DNA from: Ascidiella aspersa
Taxonomy: Eukaryota
Reading direction: 5' to 3'
DNA: 64,000 nt
NCBI GenBank assembly: GCA_963924565.1
Contig: OZ004615.1
Span: 7,998,001 to 8,062,000 of the forward strand
A model generated the notes under the pieces. It had not been told where the DNA came from. It saw nothing but the letters and a program-made list of their open reading frames with translations, and did no database searches. The position numbers and the translations under genes are program-made. Numbering within the stretch: position 1 is the first letter of the stretch; the number at the start of each line of letters is the position of its first letter. Below are positions 1 through 13,709 of this stretch, in pieces.

Positions 1-3000
1 CCAAAGAACTTTGCCGTTTTCACTAACGAAAGACTTTGCGCTACCTTCTATACAAGGGGTTTATCGGATGAAAAAAAACAACAAAAAATTATCTCCGCAC
101 GCTGTGTAGTACCTTAGTAAATTATATTATGGTAAACAAGGTAACTTATCTTTTTCAGTTCTAATAGTTGGCAAAAGCAGCAACAGGTTATTTTCCCGCT
201 TAGTTTTTAAATATGACATGAATGTTACCCTGAATCAACATTACATAGGATTGTTGACGTAAAGCAATCCGTAAGCTCGAATCGACTTTAAATAAGTGAA
301 TTTTTTCAATCATTTCTTTGCTTTGTTGTAGTGCTTCCAAGTTTGTTCTATTCAAGTTTTGTTAACGTTTTTAAAAACACTTCTCCGCACTTACCACACT
401 ATTGCAAAATTATTAAGTTAATCATGCGAATAGACTTTGCCTTAAAAGGCTGCAGAGGGGTAAATTGAAAAAAAGGTTGGGAACTCTTGTTCTTCACACT
501 CTTTGTTTTTTGCTGCGATGAAAAGGCCAATTGCCATGGCCCACTCCCCCCTCTGTCTCGACCGCTCGCTCGCTTACGGTAACCTGAGACTCTATTTGCT
601 TTGGTTAAGGACCGAAGAGATACTTCAATTTTTTATTGTACGCCGTTCGCACACCCGGGTGGTCTCGCATACTTGCAGTTGAACCTATTTTGAACCGGCA
701 ATAAGTGTCAAGGAATAACGGCAGTATGTTTTTTGAATAACTTAACAAATATGCAATGATAATTCTTTTCAATGTGTAGTCATTTAATATTAAATCCGAT
801 TGGTTTTTGTTACTATACACACAACATATATACGAGCACCGATTAGAATAATTCTAAGGTGGTTTACAAAGTTTGAGGATTTCTAATTAACGAATATACA
901 GCAAGGAAAACGGGTTACACAGCTGCAACGTCACATGCTGGCAAAACCACTCCAACGAAAAGTTGCGAAACAATAAACTGTATTAAAAAACTATGGTTTT
1001 AAAGTCAGAATGAAAAACAATGGTTTTAAAGTCGATGAAGAAAGGTGCGCTTGTGTAATTAAGTTCCCAGGATCGGTTTGTCTCGGGTAAGCCGCCACGC
1101 GCGAACGGGTGCAGAAACGGCGGAACGAAAAAGTGAAAACACATAAAAGTTGCGCGAGAGACTTGGTTTGTTTTAGCTGCGTCCGGTTCCCACGTGTTGA
1201 TGTGTCACTTGGGGATGGGACACCGATAACAGTTGCCCTATTGTATACAACGGCTTTCGTGTTTCATTGGGACGCTTTTGCTTCTTGAGAAGCGGCAATG
1301 TTACTCAAGCTTTTAGTGTATTTTTAGCCTCTTTATGGACGCTGTTAAGGGTAAAACCTTGCGTCATTTTACCCGAAATACTATAAACATTTCGATTCGT
1401 AAACTTGGTTTGTTCCTATTGTCTGCCTGTGAAGTGTTCTTAGTCTAATCTAACTATTTTTACATCTGAATAAGTACCGACGAGGGCGACATGTGCTCTT
1501 AAATTCTTTATTTCACTCTGTATAGCCTTAATGCCCCACTACTGTTCGAAAAGGGATTTAGGACACAATAGCGCATATGAGTCTAGAAATAGTTACGTTG
1601 TCATAAATAACCGTGAAATTGTAATGGATACAATTCACACGTAAAAATAGAATGGAAGAACCACTGGTTAAAATCTTCCAAAACTACACAGCAGGTAGAT
1701 ACAACATACAGGTATTGTTGTCACTGATTCTAATACTATGGAATATCAAAAGGCGGATTTAAAATGGTATATAAAGGTGCTAAACCTGAAAGCTAAATAG
1801 GCAGTCATGGCCTCATTTCAGATATTTAGATATTTACAATAACATCTTTCAACCGCGTATAGTTATTTAGAAAAAGTCGCACTCGATTTTTTTTTATTAA
1901 ACACAAATTAATAAGCCATTTAATTAGTCAATATAATACACAAAATGGTCTGTTGAGTTCATTCAATTCCCGACGCCATGATGGAAACGCAAATTGCATT
2001 AAATAACTATGTGGCTCAGTTCTTTCAAAGCTAAACGGGGTGACACCTCTTTTTTGGGTTTGCCTCTATACTCTTTTTGGGGTTTGCCTCTATAACCGAA
2101 ATGCACCAATTTAAGTCAAATAAAATACGCTACTCAACAAATTTAGTTACGCTAGCGCTAGCAATTGGATAAACACAAGCTACTCTTGACTGGTAGAAAC
2201 AAAACTCTTCGCCTAATATTCTTAACATGTCCCTGGAAGCAAAGGTTCTAATGAGGACACGCGGCGCGAGACAGTAGGCGTGAAAGCAATTCGACTCGGC
2301 CCGTCGCATATAAATTTACGCATATTAGGCTCACTAATCAAACTACAAAGGACCCCCAAGTCGCTGAGTGAAATGCTCGGGACACATATGGAGATGTTAC
2401 GGGCCTTAGCCTAAAAACCATTACAAATTCGCACGTCTCGGTCTAAATCCTTTTTACAAAGAGTGCTATTTCCATATACAGAGAATTCTAAGTTTGTGAC
2501 TTAGGCAATGGGCCATGGTCTATATGCGGAGAAGTTAGCAACGGAAACAAGTTAATCAGGCAATTCGATTTGATTTTACAATACTATATACACCTCACAA
2601 TTTAGCTATTTCAAAGTCAAAATAAGCTGTTTACTACAGGAGTTCGCCTGACATGCTGCAACGAATGTACAATATTGGAAACTACAGCTCAAATGCGCGG
2701 CGCTGCAATCGCACATCACATCTCTAATCAGCACTGCTCTCGTTTAGAGCGCTCTTTAAAATTCTAAACAGTCGCAGCAGCAGTCAGCCCGAGTTTGGTG
2801 CGGCAACTACTGGTTTTGCAACGGCGAGAACCGTGCTGCCTTATCTGCCGCGTTAGTGGGGAATTTGCGAATTTGGGGAATCGGCAGAGCACGCTTTCGA
2901 GTTTGGCAGAAAACCTGACCGCAAGAAAAAAGACTCTGGTGAACAGGGCTTGTCCCTGGTGGCTACTAGCTGGTTGTTTTATGCATTACAAGAGCCTAAC

Positions 3001-6000
3001 ACCATGAGCAAGCTATGGTTCCCTGTTATACAATGTCGGACGCAATCTACTATCCATTGTGCTATACTAAATGACGCAAACTCGCACCAGAATGTCCACT
3101 GGCACGTTTACCGTCCTACGCCAACGCAGATCCATTTCTCAACTTGCAGGGGGAAAACGAAACCTTGGCGAACGTTAAAGTTCACGAGTGTAAGTTTCAG
3201 CAGTCAGCACCAGCACCAGCAGCTTCCAAAACGCCCGTCAAGCGCGAAAGATTAGCGAAGGCTGCGGCCCCCCTTCAACTTTACCCTTTTACCTCAAGTT
3301 CAGATTTACCTTTAGGTTGGCGAATTGCTATCTCCTTTGTCGGTAGTGGGTGTGCAGGGCCAGGCAGCGCAAAGGGGGGTTGAAATCGGAATCGGTAGCT
3401 TTCTAATGCCCCAAGCACAAGAAAGCTCATTGTTTTGCGTTAAAAGTTAACGGAAGACTTAAATTTCGCTCTTGAAACGAACCGGAAAGCTTCGAGTTAT
3501 TTGTAACGCTCATGTGACGCGCCGCTAGACTTTCAGTTAGCGTATTACAGGAATGTAAAGCTAGCAGTAGGCATGAAGTGTTATATTATTGGATCAAGTC
3601 CAATCACGGTCTAGATTGCATTTAAGGCGACTGCCGGCTAATGGATTCGAAAGACAGTTGTCATTACAAAAAAGGCTTATTATTTTTCGCACTTTAAATT
3701 GCAAAATACATATTAAGAAGTAGCCTACATTGTAATTTTTAGGATATTTGAATGTGGACTTATCGAACATTATTTATGGCAATATGTTTAGGTAACAATT
3801 TTCACGTTTACATCCGACTTTAAAAAAACGAACAATCACCTAACCAATCTTGAACAACGACTTGATAAACATGCATAAGCGGAAACAAACCACAACCACC
3901 AAACTTGGTTTATATGTTACCTGCCAACACACAAGATAGCAAACACTTGCTCTTCGAAAATTTTTAATGTAAGCTCTGGGCAAACCTGGCAGACAGTTAT
4001 GCAAATGATAAAACTAGGCTGTGCTTTAGGAAATGAGATACGTTTCTGACACAAATGAATTAATTGATTATTAAACATAATATTTTATCGCCAAACCACG
4101 GTAAAATAGTGAAAAAACACGGAAAATGTGGAACGTTTTTAGTTTACAAGGTTGGCATGTAATGTGGTTTGGTTATCCCAATATCGTTAATCAAAGCAAA
4201 GCGGTCTAATTGTTTATTTTGTAAATTCGCAAATGTCTGCGGGGCGATTTACGTTTTTGTTGTTGTTTAGTTGTGTGCTTGTAGGGCTGGAGGACTTTTG
4301 GCGGTCCTGCAAATAGGCATAAGGAATTTATCACGAATGCAAGGGGAAGCAGTAAAAATATTTATTAAACGCCGCGAAAATCTTGCTCCTTTATCTTAAT
4401 TTTCCTTTGCTCTAATTTTGTAAATAGCGTGTTTAATGCCCGCGATTCCTGCACGGCGCATCGCACTGGCCAATGTCAACGCATTGTTTACACATGTCGC
4501 GCAACAGCTTTTAAATGCCTGTGTGGCAAAGCTTTTATCTACATAACGCAACTTTAAAAATCCCGGCGAGCTTTGATGTCCCTGTTTGCAGCTGTTCTCG
4601 CTTTCTTGCGATTAACCTCCATGATAGATTAAGCAAAAAAAACGACAATTTTTTCAACACATGAAATCCGGGCGACCAAATTTTATTGTGGGAAAGTTTA
4701 AAAGCACCCGATGTTCTTTCCGTTCGGATTTATAAAATATTTCCCAACCATTTGGCAGAAGTATTGCATCCTCAACGTTCAATATTACTTTATACATTAC
4801 AGCGTTTAAAAGGAAAAACCAAAACATTCTTACCCTTTAACATTCCTTAACACAATTAATTCAACCTGAAAATGAGTGTTTTTCTACACTTAACAGATTG
4901 AGTTGTTAAACACCCGCCACGAATGTAAATAATGACGTAACGTTTTTAGGGCCGAATATTCCCAACTAGGCCTATAACGTTGAAAAAATAATAGTACAAA
5001 AAAACAAAACAGGGTATTGATGCCACAGACACAACGAAATAAGGTGAAAAAACACGTTCTAAGATAAATTACTATATTAAATTTTACTATATTAAATCAA
5101 ATTCATCATCTAGGATTCGAGAAACTAATAATATCAAGCGAAATCATTGAAAAACTTTCTCAGCGCTATTTATTGCGCGATTCGGCTGTGTAATGAAAAG
5201 CTACCATATAGCCATGAGAGTTCAAGTACCTGACTTGACCTTTTTGCATCCATAACAAATGCAGAATGGCATTTGGCGTAAGCAGAAACATATTACCGGG
5301 GCCGCGTTGCTAATTTCCAGACCAAATCCTTCCCACCCACAGCGAATTTTAAAACGGTATGCAAATAACGGGATGCGTCACAGACATTATACAAAAACTA
5401 TCGCATTCAATGGCATCTTGTCCTTGCAATACGATATCAAGGGCATAAGGGGGCAACTTACGCACTTCTCCAACCGTTTGATGGGTCGCTGACTAAGCCG
5501 TTTACCAATAAACAAAGTGCGAAACGGACGGAGGGTCAGGTTTAGCTTCGGTTCATGCAACTGTAGATGCATTTTCAAACCGCCCTAAGTATTTGCGCAT
5601 TCGGATTGGCATTTCCGGGTTGTTTAAAGCAGTGGTCTCAAACCTTTTCATAACCCGACGCCAATGTAAATAAACTAAAATCAGCATTTACATGCGACCC
5701 CAGTTTTTTTCAGATAAATAATGAACTATTAGTAACACAAGTTATTGATAATTATGCTTAAATTATGTGTAAGTCCAGAGAACTGTGGCTACACATGTGC
5801 ACCAAAATGAGGCAAGTTTTCAATTAACAGAATTTAAAGTTAAAAATAAAAAACAATATTTTTTTATTTTTTTAACATTTTTAAAACTAATTGCGTTTGT
5901 TTAAACTACGAGAACAAATGAATCACTAAAACTACTGAAATTGGTGAGTGATGGAGAAGGGTTTAAAGGAGCCACCTGACGGCAAACCACGGAGAGTAAT

Positions 6001-6069
6001 GGTCCTACCATTTGTATTGTTTTGTACAAAAATAATCTCATAAGACGCTTGCCAACGGTCGTTCTAACA

Positions 6070-6603
6070 CAGTGGTTCTCAAACTGGGGTCCGCGGTCCT
6101 TTAGGGGTCCGCGAGACAATTTTCTGGGACCGCGAAGCACCTAACAAAAAAACAGCACGACGCTCCTGAAGAAAAAAATTCTTCGTGCAATAAAATTTTC
6201 AGGCAACTTACTTTACGAAACCAAGCTGATTATTATTGTTAGTTGTTCATTCACGTTATTGTACGCTTTAAGTTGAATTGTTCATTGTGACGTCATAGTG
6301 TTGCGTTGTGCTAATGAGAATTACGTTTTAACAGCTTGCTGCGCTGACACTGTGGGCTGTAGGGCCACGGTTTTAAAACTATTCGTGATTGCTTCACTCA
6401 AATAAAGTGATTCGTTAGAGGTTAACATAACCGTTATTAACCAAGCATATAGCAAAGAAACAAGTGCACCCGTCCCATTGATACCATTAAAACAACGGGT
6501 TGTTTTGTGTTTATTGGGTATATTTTTAAGGGACCGTGAACAATTAAAAGACCTTGCTGGGGGACCGTTGCGTATTTTTTTACAAAAAGTTTGAGAACCA
6601 CTG
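6070..6603. mobile_element. hAT (Buster/Charlie-type) MITE
   Basis: TIR CAGTGGTTCTCAAAC / GTTTGAGAACCACTG; 8-bp TSD TTCTAACA. Confidence 0.9.
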
Positions 6604-9600
6604 TTCTAACAAATGTCTCGCCAAAATTAACATTGCAAACAACATTTCTTGTTTAAACATTCATCCCCCGACGTTTCTTATAGTTAGGCGAAATCTCATC
6701 ACCGTCAAGCCAACCAATCGAGCGAACAACTTGGATATAAACAAATTCCAAAGATTCTTGAACGCAGTTTGTTCCACAGAAAGGCGACGTGCGGCGATGA
6801 CAGGTTGATGCCAGACCGGGCGTCAAGTGCTAGTTGATCTCCCCAGGAAAGCGGAAGCCGCGATGTGGCGATTAAAAGTGACGAACGAGTCAAGGCAGAC
6901 GCTATCAATATCCGTTTTCACAGGATTGCATCTAATCCCGATTGCAGGTTAGGGTTTTGCGGAAATGGAATTAGCTCGAAGTAGCAAGCGTCGGTCGAAA
7001 ATTGCCTTACTTGAATCAAACGCTATATAGTTTGGCTGAAACGTTAAAAATGTCTTAAAAATTTCCTTTGCAGGTTTTAAATTAAAACATTCTGTATATA
7101 TTGCTATGAAAATAAATTTTCAATGGCATAGGATAAAAATATCGTACTTTTCGTTAGTACAAAGTATGATACACCCCTCGGAAAAACTGTCCCCTCCTAC
7201 ACCAAATGCAGGTTGCGCGTCCAACAGCTGCTAATGATGCGTCGACTTTACTCCGAGAAGTCGGCGACCCGTATAACAAACGTTACGGCACCTTTCCGGC
7301 GTATACAGCAAAACACTTCGAGCCTTTCCAGGGGCCGCCAAACGCCTAGACGCGCTCAAGGGCGGCGTGCAAAAGTGTGAAGCCCAAACGCCGTCTGACG
7401 AGTGGCGATAATCTACGACTGGTTTACGTTACGGTGCCGAGCCTTCACAAAGGAAGCGAAAACAAGGCGCCTGCAAATTGACGACGGAATCCAATTTCGA
7501 TTTTTCACCTCGACTCGCCTGGAGCGAAGATCAAACGCGCGCTTGTTAACTCGAGCACTTCGCCGTCACCCATGCGTGACGTGACGTGACGTTGATGCTT
7601 GTCGCTTGCCGGTTACGTCATCGGCCCAATGTCGTTTTTTAAGTAAAGCCTTTACTCAAAACACTTGGAAAATTGAACATCAATAGATATGCATGCAATT
7701 TAAAATTAACTTTGTGTGCATTTTCGAGAAAGCATAAATAATAAAAAAGTTAACTAATGGTTTTGCGTCATCAGTTGTGGTTTAAATTAAGATTTCATTA
7801 GAGCCCTGATGAAAAAAAAACTTAGAAAAAACTAAAACAATCCTTTTTTTTGATTAGCTGGCAGTATTCTAAATAGTGGTGTTTTAGATATTTTGTTACC
7901 TCTGTGGTTCTATTTGGATCTTACGATATGGATAAAACATCAACAACGGACAGTGTTGGAACAGGCATGATCCTCATACAAACAACATAAACAACAATAC
8001 TATTACTTTGACAAGCCTGAAAACTGTATAGAAAGGTGAGATTCGAAGTCAACCCTTTACACAGCCCTGAGAGTTTTTAGCGCTTGCTCGAAACTATGTA
8101 AGTTCTGTAATTTCAGCTGAGAAAAGCAAATGAAAATATTCCCTGTCTTGTTTGCGGATAAAGTGATGGAAAGTCTGCTAGTGGTCACTCAGGTAATCCG
8201 AGTTCAAACAATCTTGAGGGCTGTGAATGAACGAAATAATAGAAGTTAAAAGAACTGAAAGGCTGATGTGGAATTTTGTGCGACAGGTGATTCAACAAAG
8301 AGGCTTCAGGGATTTAGAGTCAAGTACTTTTAATAAGGCGTGAGCCAATCCGATAAGTAAAACCAAACTAAACATTAAAAGGCGTTATATTTGGTTATAT
8401 ATGTTAATGTTTAGGACGGTATTACTCATGTAGAAATCGGGTAAATGTGGGGACTATTTTTAGGTTATTCGTTAGTTTTATGAAAAAATAAAAAAGTAAT
8501 AGGTCAACCAAACAGATTGAACACAACATTACTCAAAGGATAACGAAGCCCACAATATTTTCAAGGGCTGAACAATTTCATAGGCAGTCATACATGACAA
8601 AATCCTTCAAAAAAACGAGAAAATATCTTTTGAGTATATGGTAATAATTTAACTTGCAAATAACAACCGCAAGACAAAATGTAAAGAAGCTCTACCAATC
8701 AGTTAGAAATGACAGTTCCAAGTGAAAACACGTTGAAATTCGAAATTAGGTCCCTATGATTTGTACTTAACTTGATCAGACTTCTTACAACACAAACCAG
8801 GGCTCCGAAAAAGCAACAAACCTATAGTTGCTGCAAACATAAATGGTGCGTGAGCCGCAACATGCGCCCCGCCTTTGCTAAAACAACAAACAGATTTCGC
8901 CTTATCTCCGGGAAAAGTTTCGCAGTCGAATCGCCGAAACAAGTCCTTCGCTTTGCGAGGCGGATAGTATGAGGAATTGGCGATCTTTTTTGCGATAACC
9001 TTGTCGCCAATATGTATCGCAGCCGGGATCACGAAAATACCGCGTTTCATCGGCGATTTTCCGGCCTTAAACGGAAGTTTTGACGCTCGTCCCTGATAAG
9101 ACACAGAATGAGATGTAAGCAATTGTGCGATTACTAGAGGCGTATCGAGTTCCGTAATAAACAATCAAACTCAAAGAGTGAAAACCCGAGTAAAACCAGG
9201 ATCAGACATTTTTAATGGAATATATATTTCGCCAATACTGGAGTCGGTAGTCCCTAAATTCGAAATGGGTTTTTAAACTTTGAGTTTTACTGTTTAAATA
9301 CGCGTCAGCTGAACAGTGATCGACAAGCAGAAACCTGATGCCAAGGGGTTTGGATTCCATAAAGATACGCACTTTTTTATAGAGTTCAGTAATGTATAGT
9401 AAGTCGAGATCCAGTAAATCGCGATAAAAGTAATCTAAGTTGTGCGCCTGACGTACATTGACTTGTAAGTTCGCGTACATTGACATATAATTTCTCGTTT
9501 TGATCAGTTGGCGATTTTCTCGCGCGAGCTAAGGTATTTGTTGCAAACCAAAACGTGTGTTCAAAAAAGTGGCAATAAAAAACTAACGTAGTTCCAGTGT

Positions 9601-10444
9601 TTCTACATGTAATTCTATCGCCTTGATGGCACATATACAGTATATCGAAAGGCAGAATAGGAGAGGCAAGATTCCCATCACGATAATGCATGGCTCCTGT
9701 CAATCAATCGAATACAGCTTTTGTGCACATAATACACACGATCTCCCTGATTACAATCAAAATCTGGTGTAAAACGTGCCAAACAGATTCCAAGCCACAA
9801 CGCGTTGGTCAAGGAAGCGAAAACATAATGTATAAATTACGCACGGCAAATTGATTCCAAAGGGCGATTGGAAGCACGCATGCACCAACAACGTCATAGT
9901 CAGAAAGGGAAAAACTTTATAAGGTTTAAAACGCTAAATATCGACAAAGGAACTTAAACTGGCTCTTCGTCAATGGCGTTTTGCATTCAACGAAAAACCT
10001 ACAGAACGATCTCGGCCCAACGCAACACACACCAGGATTCTAAATCCAGGGCATGTGTTTTTACGGGTCGATGACATGGCGTCTCCAACAAGCGGCAAAT
10101 AAACGGCAAATGCTTGAACTGCATCTCGCTAATTACGTTCTCGTTTGTATACAAATTTTTCTGCACACGCCCGAACAACTATAAAACTGACTCTCGAACA
10201 ATCTCGCGCACTGCCAATGGATTATCTCAACAGAAAAGCGGGTGAGCTTCGATCGTGGTCGCCCGTCGATTTCAAGGGTCATCCACGGTACCCGAAGAGG
10301 TGCCACATTGCCGGCTTGAGTTGCCCGGGCTGCCAAAACAGCGCAAATCACACGTTGCAGAGTGGGCCTACTGTGTATTGTTGGCGAAGCAAACGCCAAA
10401 TGTCAAACGCCGAGTAACTTTTGCGCCCTGCAGGGAAAAGGCTA

Positions 10445-10930
10445 TAGGGTCGGCAAACTTTTTATGTCCCGGCCCAAAGTACTCTTTTTTTCAGGGCTGT
10501 TGAAGGCCCACTACGTAAAACCACTACGAAACAGTTACGGAGGATATTTGATTTTAAGGTGAAATGTTATACGGCGCCTTGATGCCCAAAACACTGCCAT
10601 GCCAAAATATAAAGCATATCTATAAAACGAAAAATATACGCGCAAGGTGCGAACATTTTTTTGTTTACATAATTATAGTTAAAGTTGGCAAAACATATAG
10701 TTAGACAGGCTGTAACCATGGACCATATTTGGCACTTGGGCCTTTCCAAGCAGAGCCAATTTAAAAATTCTATGCCACACCAACTTTTAAAATAAAGTGC
10801 AATAAACGTACGGCTATCACACGGCCCACAACTATATGATAAAACTAAACTATTTAAAAGTAACTCGCGGCCCACTAAAATGGATCTGCGGCCCACATTT
10901 CGGCCGCGACCCACAGATGGCCGACCACTG
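10445..10930. mobile_element. hAT MITE, left end eroded
   Basis: Ends GGTCGGCAAAC / ATGGCCGACCACTG; CTATAGG on both sides; GCGGCCC subterminal repeats. Confidence 0.55.
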
Positions 10931-13226
10931 CTATAGGACATGGATTGGGAGTGTTTGAGCGTTTTGTTTTAGTCGAAGACCGTCGGCAAATAATTCCGGA
11001 GTTGGATTTCGTTTGCTGTCCACAATAGCGTTAAACAACTTCTCAACTTCGACTGTGTGTTTGTGTGTGCGGGTGTGATCGGGAAAGGAATCAAGGGTAC
11101 TTAAGGGTTAATGGTATATTTAGAGTGAGTTATTCCTGGAATGTATTTTTTTCTACGTTCATCTATGAATTTTTTTTATTCTGCGTATACATAAACCGTT
11201 AATTGGATATACATTTTTCGCCTCACAAGAACCTTAACCGGTATTACCAATGGCCACCTTATTTGAACAAGTGTTTAAAATTATCGACACTGTCCTAAAT
11301 ATACAGCTTCTTTTGCAGTTAAAATATAGCTATAATGAATTTTAAAGTCAAGAAGGTCGAACAAATTGACATCATCGTGATTAAAACGTTTCGATACTTG
11401 TTTGCATCATCATCAGTTAATAAATATATTTGGTTTAAATATATATTTTTGGTTTGAACTAATTGCATATTAACTTCCACGTATGTTGCGCTTACGTCTT
11501 CAAAACACAAAATTTTTTTAAAATTCTGCAACATATAATAAAGTGCATGTACAAAATGTCGTTAAGATTGTGAACGGCATACATACAGAAAGTCCGAGTT
11601 TTTACGTTGATAAATATGTCGAAAATCGAAGGTGTTATGTAATGTGCAATATCTCGATCCAATCACGTTCGTTCGCTTGTTGACGCACAGATCCTTTTAT
11701 CACTGGGCATCTCGCCCATATTGGTCCGCAATGATTGATGGTCATCGCGGGGTTGGGAAAACGAACAAAAGCCTCTCAACGGCCATTATACAAGTAAAAA
11801 AACGGATCGGTGGAGATACAGGTTTAAAAATCGAATGGTGCGGTGCGGGGTATACTTGGCGTTGGTTGAAGTGCTCGCTTTTCTAGTCCGCGAATCGTTC
11901 AATCATAAACTTTTGGTCAATGACCAGGACCTGACAAGCAAAAAAGGTTCAAAGAAAGGTAACAGGAATGTATTACTGCACCACAATTTTAGATGTAAGG
12001 AGCAGTGTTCTACAATATGGTATATTTTTCTGCCACAACTTAACTCTTTAAAGGCGGGCAAATAAAGTGGGTGTATGGAGTAATAACCTACTATCAACAA
12101 ATAAAAAAAATAATCTCACATCTCCAAATTGGCCAACACAACTGAATTATTAAACGTTTCCCAAAATTAAACCGCTTCTAAATTTACATCATTGCTCTCG
12201 ATCGTGTAACGCTGAACGGTAAACGATATTTTGAACCGCATTGTACCTCTTTACCAAAATGGGATTTTCATGGCGATTTTGGTTGACGCCAACAAAGCAC
12301 AATTATCTCACACCCACTTTAGAGTTAAGTGTGGTGTATTAACAGACGGATAAAGTTGCAATCAACTAATCGAGACAGGCTTTTCAATTTCGTACAAGCA
12401 CCGATCGTGCACGACGAAACGATTTGGCCCCGACGGAGATTTTGGCAATCGTTCGATCAGCAAAGTTATCAATCACGGGTCTGCGTGCTCCGTTTGGAAA
12501 AGCCACTTGTTGGTTGAGTAAGGCTTATGCCAGAGCCGAATTACAGAGACATCCATCTCGGGTCAAGGGGGTGCAACATGGGTCACGGGTAAGGGAGCCA
12601 TTGTCCCCTTTGCAGACGCTCATTCCTTCAAAAGAAAATTGCTGAGTAACATGGCTGGCAGGGTTTAATAAAATTCCACTTATATCAGACATACTCAGGA
12701 GAAGTGGTCTGATATTGCGAATATCGAGTATACCGTAGCGAATGAATATCAAGTCAATGAATGAAACAACCGCCGGAATGTCATTCTTCGCCTATCTGTT
12801 ATCCTCAAAAAACAATTACCCTGGAATGTGAAATGCGCACCAAACCAACAAGGCAAGACTACGATAATCGTAGATATACGAACGTAAAGCCGGGTCGAAT
12901 AACAAGTGACGTTTACAGAGCAAAGCACAAAAAAGCAATTACCGAAACTTCTCGAACGAAAAATGTCGAAGCAATAGCTGGGCGAATTCGACCAGCGGCT
13001 TCCACCTGTTTGCACAGGCCAGCTTCAGCAATCATTTGCTCATCGATTCCGTTCCTACAGACAACCCGGCGCAGCACGCGCGCTTAAGCCGCGCCAGGAT
13101 GCCTAAATTACGTCACAAGTGACGTCACTGTGGACAGGGGCCCCGGCCATTGTTTACCCCGGTGTCAGCGACGAACTTATCATCTATGCGAGCGCCCGAT
13201 GTCTTTGGCGGTTGTTTGCCAAATGT

Positions 13227-13709
13227 CAGTTTTGTAAACAAGTCATTTTGAAATGACTTAAGCTCCAGTCAAGTCATTCATAAAACAACTTAAGTCCAAA
13301 GTCAAGTCTTTTAAAAAAAATAGCAAGCCAAGTCCCAGTCCAAGTCATCAGTTGCCCAAGTCAAGTCATTTTTAGAGCAAGTCATTTCCAAATCAAATCA
13401 CTAATATAATTCTGAAACGGTAAACCATTACAAAAGGGAAACTTTTCCGATTATAAGCCATAATTCATCTAAAAAATGACAAACAACAATTTGTAGCAAT
13501 CTAATCGTTTTATTCGCAAAACTTACGATAAATAGCGAAATTTTGTAATAAAATGATAAATGAAAACCCTTAATTTCAACCCAAGTCAATTGACTCAATG
13601 TCCAAGACAAGTCATTTGTCCAAAAAGACTTAAGTCAAGTCAAGTCATTCTAAAACAGTAACTTTAGTGCACTTAAGTCAAGTCATTGACCCAAGTCATT
13701 GCAACACTG
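13227..13709. mobile_element. hAT-like MITE with arrays of CAAGTC/AAGTCA subterminal repeats
   Basis: TIR CAGTTTTGTAA / TTGCAACACTG; 8-bp TSD CCAAATGT. Confidence 0.85.

Noticed and set aside
2047-2094. 24-bp tandem duplication
   Set aside because: Ordinary slippage duplication with no further structure.
7390-7425. CTGACGA-GTGG..CTAC-GACT hammerhead-like string
   Set aside because: Lacks GAAA and stems I/III.
13227-13709. CRISPR-like array
   Set aside because: Repeats are 5-6 nt and irregular, inside a TIR/TSD element in eukaryotic DNA.
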